This document shows, piece after piece, positions 56,405-64,000 of a stretch of DNA of 64,000 bases. Position 1 is the first letter of the stretch, and the number at the start of each line of letters is the position of its first letter. A program made the translations under genes and the position numbers. The DNA is from Candidatus Omnitrophota bacterium (GTDB lineage: Bacteria > Omnitrophota > Gorgyraeia > Aquiviventales > Aquiviventaceae). The notes beneath the pieces are model-generated. The model did not search any database and was not told the origin of the DNA. It saw nothing but the letters and a program-made list of their open reading frames with translations. The DNA is taken from the NCBI GenBank assembly GCA_030697665.1, contig JAUYPJ010000022.1:11-64010 (forward strand), written 5' to 3'.

Positions 56405-58321
56405 TCAGGGATGGGTGGCGCTCGCAAGCTCGGTGGCGTGCGGCGTGAGCGTTCCCACGGCATCGGGCGCCGCCGCGGCGGGCTGCAGGGGCTTCGAGGC
56501 GGTGGGAACGGCACTGATCCCGTGGAAGGCGCCCGGGAGACCCGGGCCGCCCCCGGACGGAAAGAGCAGCAACCTGGGCTTGCCGATCAGCGTGACCTTG
56601 CCGGGCGTCGGCTCATACACCGCGCGCTCGCCGGTGGCCCGATCGTGGCCGTGATGGACCCGGACCCGCCCGATCGCCTCGGCGTAGCGGATCGTGTGCC
56701 GCGCCGAATCGAGATACGCGATAAGCACATCCGAGAACAGCTCACCCTGCGGGTCCGTGACATGCACGTTGCGCTCAAACGTCGCCACGCTGTGCTCATA
56801 GTCGAACGACAACGGACCGTCGCACGTGATCGTCACATGCGCCGATCCCTCCGCCTGCGGGTCCTGGTCGCCCGGGTTGAGCACGAGCTCAACATCCTCC
56901 ATGAGCTTCGCCTGTTTGAGCTGGGTCAAGGCGCTGGCCCCTCGACCGCGCAGCAGCATGTGATCGGTCTCGATCCGCACCGGCGTCTCCGTGGCCACCT
57001 GGTTCTGGTCGGGGATCCAGTGCAGCACCGGGGCCGCCAGCCACCACCCATCATTGGTGTGGATGGTCACCTCGTGCTCCATCCGGACGTGACGGCTGGT
57101 CTGATCCATCTCGGCGACCCTCGCGGTCAGATACGCCACGCGGGCCAGATCGTAGCCGACGGCATCGGGCCAATGGATGGTCACGAGGTTGCCATCCACG
57201 CTGGCCTCCCGCCCCGTCATCTCCCATCGCTTGGAGCCGTCCAGCTCATACCCGGTCAAGGTGAACGCGCTCATCTGTTGGGTGGGCTCTGACGCAGAGG
57301 CCGCGGGCCGCGCGGGCCGCGCACAGCCGATGAGCGAGGTGACGAGCAACCACCCGCTCATCATGAAGGCCGCCCGCGAGGGGTCAGGCTGGACGGTGGG
57401 CTGCGTCGAGACGTCCCCGCAGGTCGCCTGCCGCGACCCCGGCTGGGTTTTCCAGCGACGGTGCATCCAGACCCAGTGATCGGGATAGCGTCGCACGTAC
57501 GACTCGACGACGGCGCTCCAGGATGCGGTGAGTTCGGTCATCGCCTCCAACCGGTTCGGCGCCTGAGCCGCCGCCACGGGAGGCTCAATGACGAGACGGA
57601 AGCGGCGGCCTTCCCGGATGATGAAACAGGGGAGCATCGGCGCCCCGCTCAGGAGCGAGAGGGCGGCCGGCCCGAGCGGGGTGTAGGCCGGGCGGCCAAA
57701 GAACGGCACGAACAACCCGTCAAGACTGTCCACGTCCTGATCGGGCACGATCCCGAGGAGGTGATTGGCCCGCAGGAGCCTCACCGCGTCCTTCATGGCG
57801 CCGCGGGCGAGCGTCGTCACCCCTTGGCTGCCGCGCAGCTCCATCAAGAATGCGTCGTATTCGGGGTAGCGCAGGGGGCGCGCCACGACGGCCCCGTCAA
57901 ATCCCCGACTGCGCAGGTAGAGCGGGATCAGCTCCCAATTGCCGAAGTGGGCCCCGACCAGAATCGCCCCGCGCCCGCGCGCCAGCGCCTGGCGCAGATG
58001 GACAAGCCCCTCGCACGTGATGAGCTGGTGGAGCCGCCGGGTCGAGCAGGCCGGGAGCGCCATCCATTCCATGACGGTCTGTCCCAGGTTGACAAAGACC
58101 CGCAGCCCAAGGCGCCTGCGCTGTGCGGGGCTCAGCGTCTCCCCGAAGGCCTGGTGAAGATGCTCCCCGGTCAGTCGTCGCTGACTCCCCAGGAGCCCAT
58201 AGGCCAGCACGCCAAGGCCCCGGCCGAGCGCGCGCGCAACCCCCAGCGGCAGCACCCGCCCGACTCCTCGCAACCCCTGGAAGCCCAGGTACATGAGACG
58301 ACGGCGGATGGGATGCTTCAT
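56405..58321 (-). CDS. Single ORF fusing an LpxL/HtrB-type lipid A acyltransferase (aa 1-~300) to an LptC/LptA (OstA)-like lipoprotein module (aa 320-638)
   Basis: The N-terminal half ends with the typical [16 protein letters not shown]. In-frame [14 protein letters not shown] (lipobox L-I-G-C) begins at 57364. The C-terminal half has LptC-like and OstA_N-like beta-jellyroll patterns. lptB follows 5 nt downstream. Confidence 0.7.
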   Translation of the reverse strand: MKHPIRRRLMYLGFQGLRGVGRVLPLGVARALGRGLGVLAYGLLGSQRRLTGEHLHQAFGETLSPAQRRRLGLRVFVNLGQTVMEWMALPACSTRRLHQLITCEGLVHLRQALARGRGAILVGAHFGNWELIPLYLRSRGFDGAVVARPLRYPEYDAFLMELRGSQGVTTLARGAMKDAVRLLRANHLLGIVPDQDVDSLDGLFVPFFGRPAYTPLGPAALSLLSGAPMLPCFIIREGRRFRLVIEPPVAAAQAPNRLEAMTELTASWSAVVESYVRRYPDHWVWMHRRWKTQPGSRQATCGDVSTQPTVQPDPSRAAFMMSGWLLVTSLIGCARPARPAASASEPTQQMSAFTLTGYELDGSKRWEMTGREASVDGNLVTIHWPDAVGYDLARVAYLTARVAEMDQTSRHVRMEHEVTIHTNDGWWLAAPVLHWIPDQNQVATETPVRIETDHMLLRGRGASALTQLKQAKLMEDVELVLNPGDQDPQAEGSAHVTITCDGPLSFDYEHSVATFERNVHVTDPQGELFSDVLIAYLDSARHTIRYAEAIGRVRVHHGHDRATGERAVYEPTPGKVTLIGKPRLLLFPSGGGPGLPGAFHGISAVPTASKPLQPAAAAPDAVGTLTPHATELASATHP

Positions 58322-58470
58322 CCCCCCACCTGCGCCTCACGGCGGCCCGTAGTTTCAACCTCCGTAGCCGCCGTGACGAATGCAACGGCCAGACGCACCA
58401 TCCAAACAGTCTCCAACAGCAGACGCATTCGAGCCCCGCCTTTTGGCGGGGCTGGCGTAGGTGGGGGGAT
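58320..58470. repeat. CCCACC-terminated palindromic element, 5'-UTR copy (151 bp)
   Basis: ATCCCCCCACCTGCGCC ... GGCGTAGGTGGGGGGAT. The left end overlaps the ATG of the lpxL-fusion gene. It contains internal hairpins, including GAGCCCCGCC-TTTT-GGCGGGGCT. Confidence 0.8.
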
Positions 58471-58489
58471 CATCACGACACAAACTTGT

Positions 58490-58518
58490 ATGATACGCTC
58501 TTGCGTCTAGAGCGTCAA
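58490..58518 (-). promoter_or_regulatory. Sigma70-like promoter (TTGACG - 17 nt - TATCAT)
   Basis: The minus strand reads TTGACG CTCTAGACGCAAGAGCG TATCAT ACAAGTTTG. The post -10 sequence ACAAGT(A/T)TG is shared with the promoter at 27570..27598. The spacer holds the inverted repeat CGCTCT/AGAGCG. Confidence 0.5.
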
Positions 58519-58540
58519 TGCAAATATGGATTCGGTGGAG

Positions 58541-58587
58541 CCCCCCGCGGCTTGTTTTCGAGGTCGGAAACTGAGAAAACAGCGGGG
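58541..58587. repeat. Hairpin repeat family 2, copy B
   Basis: CCCCCCGCGGCTTGTTTTCGAGGTCGGAAACTGAGAAAACAGCGGGGG. It is the reverse complement of 20209..20254. Confidence 0.75.
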
Positions 58588-58760
58588 GCGCGTCGAGGGG
58601 TTACCCTTCGATCCTTCGACTCGGCTGCTGCCTCGCTCAGGATCGTGGTGAGCGAGCCGAGGCGAGTCGAACCACGACTTCGCTCACCTCGTGCCGAGCA
58701 CGGCCCTCGGTGCGAGGCAGGGTAAATGCGCCCAATGTGAAGATGCCATTGTGGGCGCAT

Positions 58761-59894
58761 TTAGAAGTATTCGGTCAGGAGGGTCTTCGTGCGGTGGATG
58801 AGTCGATTCAGCGCGTGCGGCGAAGGCGGCGGCGTGCTGCGCGCGGTGCCTGTGGCCTGCTCCAGCAGTCCCAGCGCCGCGCTCAGGCCGAGCTGGCGCG
58901 AGAGATCGCTCAGCGCGCTGGTCCGTGGACTGCGACACAGCGTCACGGGCAGATGGGTCCGCCGTTCGATCCACTCGGCCAATCCGTCGATCAAGGCCCC
59001 GCGCCCGGTCAAGAAGGCGGCATCCGGTTGAGGCTGGTTCGTGAGGAGCCCTTCGACGGCTGCCGGGATCGAGGCCCACCGGCGTTCGATGACCTCACGG
59101 ACCGGCGCCCGCCTGCAGGACGTCCCTTCCAAACTCCACGCCGTCGCCTGGTCCATCGTCACCCGAAGCGTCGTGGCAAGCTCCGTCGCCAGCGTCAGCC
59201 CGCCCCAGGGCAGGATGGCCGCCGCGCACCAGGTGCCGTCGACGAACAATCCCACGCCGGTCGAGCGGCCACCGACGTCGATGAGGAGCGCGCGGGCTCG
59301 ACAGTGCGCCTCCTCCGCCATGCTGGAGAAGACAGCGGGCAACGTGGAGTTCAACTGGGCGATCTCAAGGCCCGCTCCCTCAACCGCCTGGACCACGGCG
59401 CGGCGCAGCGCCACCGGCATCGTCACGATGTGAAAGGCGCCGCGAAGACGCGTCGCCGGAAGACCCTGGGGGTCGCGGATCCCTTCAAACCCGTTGCCCG
59501 AGCAGCCGAGGCATTCCACCACCAAGGGCTCTCGATCAAGCCCAACACCCTGGTCGAGCGCCCGCCGCCGCAGCCGATCCACGTCCTGCGCGCGAATCGA
59601 CACCGGCTCATCGGCCAACGGGAGAGTCGCCTGGACGATCTCGCTGGTCAAGGCTGGATGGTCGAAGGCCACCAGCGCGCGTTGGACGTGGGCGCTGACC
59701 GCCGTCGCCTCAAGCGCCTGCTCAATCGTCCGGCTCACCATGAGCGGGTCTGCCGACCACAGCTCCGAGAGCGCCGCGTAGGGAATGAGGCTGCTGCCCA
59801 TGAGCGTGAAGCCGGGGGCCTGCTCGTGCGGCAGGCCGATGGCGCAGGCGACCTTGGTGGATCCGAGATCGAGGGCCACGAGCGGCTGGATCAT
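58761..59894 (-). CDS. ftsA: Cell division protein FtsA (divergent)
   Basis: The ATG at 59894 gives MIQPLVALDLGSTKVACAIG. Actin-like ATPase fold and a C-terminal amphipathic helix (LNRLIHRTKTLLTEYF). Confidence 0.85.
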   Translation of the reverse strand: MIQPLVALDLGSTKVACAIGLPHEQAPGFTLMGSSLIPYAALSELWSADPLMVSRTIEQALEATAVSAHVQRALVAFDHPALTSEIVQATLPLADEPVSIRAQDVDRLRRRALDQGVGLDREPLVVECLGCSGNGFEGIRDPQGLPATRLRGAFHIVTMPVALRRAVVQAVEGAGLEIAQLNSTLPAVFSSMAEEAHCRARALLIDVGGRSTGVGLFVDGTWCAAAILPWGGLTLATELATTLRVTMDQATAWSLEGTSCRRAPVREVIERRWASIPAAVEGLLTNQPQPDAAFLTGRGALIDGLAEWIERRTHLPVTLCRSPRTSALSDLSRQLGLSAALGLLEQATGTARSTPPPSPHALNRLIHRTKTLLTEYF

Positions 59895-60004
59895 CCCACC
59901 ACCTGCCTCGGCCAGCCCACGGCTGGCCGCGCACTCGCGGTGGCTCCGACGATCCGGCATGGCGCGAGTGCGCCAGCCGAAGGCTGAGAGGTAGGTGGTG
60001 GGAT
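59893..60004. repeat. CCCACC-terminated palindromic element (112 bp) filling the gap from the ftsQ stop to the ftsA start
   Basis: ATCCCACCACCTGCCTC ... GAGGTAGGTGGTGGGAT, a near-identical copy of 53741..53852. Its ends overlap the TGA of ftsQ and the ATG of ftsA. Confidence 0.9.
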
Positions 60005-60786
60005 CATGAACCGATGACGGGCTCCTGAAACCTGAGGTCGATGTACTGCACGGCGAGCGACTGCCGGTGGATGATCTTCAACACCGCCTGGAGCCGATCC
60101 AGGTGAGCGGCCAGATCAGCCTCCGCCCCGCACCGCACCTCGACGTCGTCGAGGAGAAACCGAATCTGTTGCGGATCGGCGACGTCGAGCTCCGTGACGC
60201 GCCGCGCGATCGACGTCGGCGCGCGCTGCAGAGCCTCCAGGACGCGCAGACCGAGCTGCAACCGCTCATTGGTGTTGTCCGCCCCGAGGCGCAACGCCCC
60301 GGCGGAGGGCTGGAATCCCACCAGCCGGACCAAGCCGCTCGCCGGCTCGCGGCTCCCCCAGGGGAGGATGAACCCCTCACGATCCACCGGAAACCACTGT
60401 TGTTTCAACCAAACCTGGGCCGCCGGCTGGCGTGGCACGGCGTCGATCTGGAGCGTATCGGGCAGTTGCCGAACGACGCGGACTTCCTTCAGCCACGGCT
60501 GCTGGCGTCTCAGCTCTTCCGCGACACCGACAAGGTCCACCGCCCACAGATTCTTGCCGATGAGCGGCTCACGCAGCTCGAAGGAAGTCTCCGGAGGCCA
60601 CTGCACGGTGTGGATGCGAAAGGCCTCGGTCTGTTGCGCGTAGGTGGCCACCGCCCACAGCGCCGCCGTCAGACCCACCGCCAGGAGGAACGGGTGCGGG
60701 TGATGCAGGAGCCAGCGGCCGAGCGCCTTCACCCGCTCGACGAGCAGCGGCGCGAGGCCTCTCACGCGACGTCGCCGTCTGACCAT
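60004..60786 (-). CDS. ftsQ: Cell division protein FtsQ
   Basis: The ATG at 60786 overlaps the ddl stop (TGATG). TM helix plus POTRA/FtsQ domain, at the expected dcw position. Confidence 0.85.
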   Translation of the reverse strand: MVRRRRRVRGLAPLLVERVKALGRWLLHHPHPFLLAVGLTAALWAVATYAQQTEAFRIHTVQWPPETSFELREPLIGKNLWAVDLVGVAEELRRQQPWLKEVRVVRQLPDTLQIDAVPRQPAAQVWLKQQWFPVDREGFILPWGSREPASGLVRLVGFQPSAGALRLGADNTNERLQLGLRVLEALQRAPTSIARRVTELDVADPQQIRFLLDDVEVRCGAEADLAAHLDRLQAVLKIIHRQSLAVQYIDLRFQEPVIGS

Positions 60787-61748
60787 CAGCCGGCGACCTG
60801 CAGGAGGTCGTGCGCCGCCATGAGGACGAGTTGTTCGCACAAGGCGTCATAGGAGAGTCCCGCGCAGGCGGCGGCTTTGGGCAACAGGCTCGTGGGGGTA
60901 AAGCCGGGAATCGTGTTGAGCTCCAGCACCACCGGAACGCCATCCGGTGTCAGGATCATGTCGGCGCGCGACAGGTGGCGGCAGCCCAAGGCGCGGTGAG
61001 CCGCCAGGGCCGCCTCCTGCACGGCGCGCTCCAACAACGGCGCAAGCGGGGCGGGCACGAGGTAGTCCGTCATGCCGGGGGTGTACTTCGCCGTGTAGTC
61101 GAAGAACGGCTGATGCGCGCGGATCTCAACGGCCGGCAGGGCGCGATCACCCACGACCCCGACGGTCAGCTCCCGTCCCGCGACGAACTCCTCGATGAGC
61201 ACGGAGCGGCTGAACGCGCCAGCCTGTGCCAACGCCTCCGCCAGCGCCCGCGGCTCGCGCACGAGCGATACCCCGAGACTGGAACCCTGGTCGGCGGGCT
61301 TGATCACGACCGGCAGCGGAATCTGCGCAAGGGCCGCGTGAAGCGTCTGAGGGTCCTGCGGATCAATTGAGCGCCACCGGGGGACGCGCAATCCCGCTTC
61401 CTCGAAGCGTCTGCGCGAGGCGATCTTGTCCATCCCCAGCCGGCTGGCCTCAGGGTCTGAGCCGGTATAGGCGAGATGGAGCGCCTCGCACACCTGCTGG
61501 ACGATCCCGTCCTCGCCAAACCGGCCGTGGAGCGCAATGAACGCCACCTCAGCCCCGAGGCGTTGGAGGGCGCGCGCGGTGAAGGCGGAGGCCTCCTCCA
61601 TCGCGAGCGACTCCGGCACCACCAGCGCCTCCACCCGCCAGCCTCGACGGGTGAGCGCCTCCACGACGCCCCGGCCGCTCTTCAGAGAGATCGCGTGCTC
61701 CTGCGAGGGCCCCCCCATCAATACGGCGATCCGTCGAGCGTCTCTCAT
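60786..61748 (-). CDS. ddl: D-alanine--D-alanine ligase
   Basis: The ATG at 61748 overlaps the murB stop (ATGA). IAVLMGGPSQEHAISLKSG and an ATP-grasp domain. Confidence 0.93.
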   Translation of the reverse strand: MRDARRIAVLMGGPSQEHAISLKSGRGVVEALTRRGWRVEALVVPESLAMEEASAFTARALQRLGAEVAFIALHGRFGEDGIVQQVCEALHLAYTGSDPEASRLGMDKIASRRRFEEAGLRVPRWRSIDPQDPQTLHAALAQIPLPVVIKPADQGSSLGVSLVREPRALAEALAQAGAFSRSVLIEEFVAGRELTVGVVGDRALPAVEIRAHQPFFDYTAKYTPGMTDYLVPAPLAPLLERAVQEAALAAHRALGCRHLSRADMILTPDGVPVVLELNTIPGFTPTSLLPKAAACAGLSYDALCEQLVLMAAHDLLQVAG

Positions 61749-62656
61749 CGGTTCCACCGTTCGCCAAGGAAGCGAACCTCAGGCTCCAGCCGCATCCCAA
61801 ACCGCTGGAACACCCGACGCTGAATGTGCTCCATCAACGAGAGGACGTCATCGCAGGTGGCATGACCCAGATTGACGATGAAGTTGGCGTGCCGGAAGGA
61901 CACCTGGGCATCCCCGATACGCGAACCCTTGAGGCCCGCCTGATCGATCAGGCGACCCGCCCCGACGCCGGCCTGTCTGCCGGCCAGGCAGGGAGGGTTT
62001 TTAAATGCGCAGCCGGCCGAGGGCAGGCGCGTATCCTGGGTGCTGTTGCGATAGTCCAGGGCCCGCTGGATGCGTTCGCGGGCTTCGGCGGGGTGCACCC
62101 GTGGAAAACGCAGCAGGACATCCATCACAATGCCCGGGGCCAGCGCGGCGTCACGATAGTGAAAGCGCAGTTGGTCGCGGCTCCACCGGCTGACCGTTCC
62201 GTCGGACGACACCAGCCGGATGCCCTGGACCCATCGGCCGATCTCCTGCGCATTCATGACCACGGCGCCGCCGATCCGCCCCGGCAACCCTGCCAACGCC
62301 TCCAGCTCGCCCCACCCAAGACGAGCCGCCAGCAAGACGAGCCGTTGGGTCGACAGCCCCGCCCCGCACCGCACAAGGACCGTCGGCTCCTCCGCCGCGC
62401 TCAGCTCCTGAAGCGTTTGAAACCCTCGGCCTAACCGGACGACGAGTCCTCGAACGCCGCGATCGGCGGCCAGCGTGTTCGTGCCCCCGCCGACCACCGA
62501 GACCGGCACTCCCATCCGAGCAGCCTCGCGCAGGAGAGCCACCAGCTCCTCCTGCGTGGAAGGCTCGGCAAACCACTCCGCCGGTCCGCCGATCCGGAAG
62601 CTGGTGTGGTTAGCCAGCGGCTCCTGCCGGCGCATGCAGCCGTTCGGCCAGCTCAT
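61745..62656 (-). CDS. murB: UDP-N-acetylenolpyruvoylglucosamine reductase
   Basis: PLANHTSFRIGGPAEWF (FAD-binding). The start is uncertain: ATG at 62656 or 62635, both overlapping the murC 3' end. Confidence 0.9.
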   Translation of the reverse strand: MSWPNGCMRRQEPLANHTSFRIGGPAEWFAEPSTQEELVALLREAARMGVPVSVVGGGTNTLAADRGVRGLVVRLGRGFQTLQELSAAEEPTVLVRCGAGLSTQRLVLLAARLGWGELEALAGLPGRIGGAVVMNAQEIGRWVQGIRLVSSDGTVSRWSRDQLRFHYRDAALAPGIVMDVLLRFPRVHPAEARERIQRALDYRNSTQDTRLPSAGCAFKNPPCLAGRQAGVGAGRLIDQAGLKGSRIGDAQVSFRHANFIVNLGHATCDDVLSLMEHIQRRVFQRFGMRLEPEVRFLGERWNR

Positions 62657-63992
62657 GGCACACCTCTGTGATGTCACCTGCGCCGAGGAAAAAGATCGTA
62701 TCGCCGGGGAGGGCGATGCGGCTGACAAACGCGGTCAGCTCCTGTTTGGGGATGTAGCGCACCCATCGGTGGCCGTGACCCCTGATGAGATGGGCCAGCC
62801 GCTCACCTGAGACGCCGGGGATGGGCGCTTCAAAGGCGGGGTAGATATCCGTGACGATCACCCCGTCGGCTCGGTCGAAACAGATGGCAAATTCGTCTTC
62901 GAGCGATTGCGTCCGCGAGAACCGGTGCGGCTGAAACACGGCGAGGCGGTGGCGACCCACGGCGGCGTCGGCGCCGAGGGTCGCTCGGATCTCCGCGGGG
63001 TGATGGGCGTAATCCTCCACCAGGCGGATGTCGCCGGGAAGCCGCATGACCTGAAAGCGGCGCCTGGTGCCCTGGAACGCCGCCAGCGCCTGCCGGATGG
63101 TCAGCAGCGGGATGTCGAGCGTCAACCCGAGACCGATGACGGCCAGCGCGTTGAGGACGTTGTGACGACCCGGCACCTGCAGCGTCCACGTCCCCAGCGG
63201 ACGCCCGTTGTACACCGCGCAAAACCGGCTGCCACCCTCCGTGAAGGTCACGCGCTCCGCGCTCACCTCCGCGTCAGCATTGAACCCGTAGCTGAGCTGG
63301 CGGGGATGAGAGAGCAGGCGTCGGATGAGCGGGTCGTCGGTGCACCGAATCAACCGCCCCCCCGGCTTGAGTTGAGCGACAAACTGCTGAAACGCCTCGA
63401 CCAACCGATCGAACGTTTGGTAGTAATTCAGATGTTCCCGGTCGATGTTCGTCACGATGGCCGTCGAGGGCGCCAGGTGCAGGAACGATCCGTCGGACTC
63501 ATCGGTCTCCGCCACCAGGTACGACCCGGCGCCGGATCTGGCGTTCGTCCCGAGGGAGCGCATCAGGCCACCCACGATCACCGTCGGATCCCACCCCGCC
63601 TGCAGGAGGAGCTGGGAGGCCATGCCGGAGGTGGTCGTCTTGCCGTGGGCTCCGGCGACCGCCACGAGCAGGCGGTCCGCCGCAAGCTCCGCCAGGAACG
63701 CCCCCCGGCTCATCACACGACCTCCGAGTCGCCGAGCGGCGCGAAGCTCCGGTTCGGCCTCGGACACGGCGGCGCTGTAGACCACGACGTCAGCCGGCTC
63801 CTCGAGATGATCCGGATGGTGCCCGAGACGGATCGACGCCCCTTGCGCTTGCAGCCGACGGATCAGCTCGTTGGGCCTGGCATCACACCCCGAGACGATG
63901 GCTCCCCGCTCACGGCAGATCGTCGCCAGGCCGCTCATGCCGATCCCCCCGATCCCCATGAAGTGAATCCGGGTTCCCTCACCGATCGTCAT
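62610..63992 (-). CDS. murC: UDP-N-acetylmuramate--L-alanine ligase
   Basis: HFMGIGGIGMSGLA, GAHGKTTTS. Mur ligase family. Confidence 0.95.
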   Translation of the reverse strand: MTIGEGTRIHFMGIGGIGMSGLATICRERGAIVSGCDARPNELIRRLQAQGASIRLGHHPDHLEEPADVVVYSAAVSEAEPELRAARRLGGRVMSRGAFLAELAADRLLVAVAGAHGKTTTSGMASQLLLQAGWDPTVIVGGLMRSLGTNARSGAGSYLVAETDESDGSFLHLAPSTAIVTNIDREHLNYYQTFDRLVEAFQQFVAQLKPGGRLIRCTDDPLIRRLLSHPRQLSYGFNADAEVSAERVTFTEGGSRFCAVYNGRPLGTWTLQVPGRHNVLNALAVIGLGLTLDIPLLTIRQALAAFQGTRRRFQVMRLPGDIRLVEDYAHHPAEIRATLGADAAVGRHRLAVFQPHRFSRTQSLEDEFAICFDRADGVIVTDIYPAFEAPIPGVSGERLAHLIRGHGHRWVRYIPKQELTAFVSRIALPGDTIFFLGAGDITEVCHELAERLHAPAGAAG

Positions 63993-64000
63993 TCGAGACC

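Overview
GC-rich bacterial chromosome segment. Almost every real gene is on the minus strand, and most long plus-strand ORFs are GC-driven shadow ORFs. The lpt genes and an OmpA-like protein point to a diderm organism; I cannot assign a taxon from sequence alone.

The conserved backbone, in coordinate order:
- ilvD and tRNA-Leu(GAG)
- tyrS, rpsA, plsC, cmk
- an aromatic amino-acid block: tyrA, aroF, hisC, pheA, chorismate mutase
- scpBA and trpS
- rimP-nusA-infB and proS
- ispG, rseP, dxr, cdsA, uppS
- purA, serA, a class V aminotransferase
- tig-clpP
- an lpxL-lptC/A fusion and lptB
- the 3' part of a dcw cluster: murC-murB-ddl-ftsQ-ftsA

Four AT-richer accessory insertions interrupt this backbone:
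1. An ~11 kb defence island (5.5-16.6 kb). It holds two toxin-antitoxin pairs, a TIR-like + caspase-like two-gene operon, and a type I R-M operon hsdM / half-size hsdS / DUF1016 / hsdR / radC.
2. A 3 kb island (40.2-43.25 kb) with an M + S + PD-ExK endonuclease R-M system. It sits exactly between the two arms of a split intergenic inverted repeat.
3. A 1.5 kb insertion carrying a DUF4143 AAA+ ATPase. It duplicated the 5' end of tyrA.
4. A free-standing LAGLIDADG gene next to the tRNA.

Two unusual repeat classes decorate the intergenic space:
- Palindromic elements with conserved ATCCCACCACCTG termini. They bridge stop and start codons, and one copy lies in-frame inside cmk.
- Hairpins built from tandem 7-9 nt units.

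The best candidate for a novel system is the TIR-like/caspase pair. Manually indexed non-ORF coordinates may be off by 1-2 nt. No rRNA, CRISPR array, integrase or transposase was seen.
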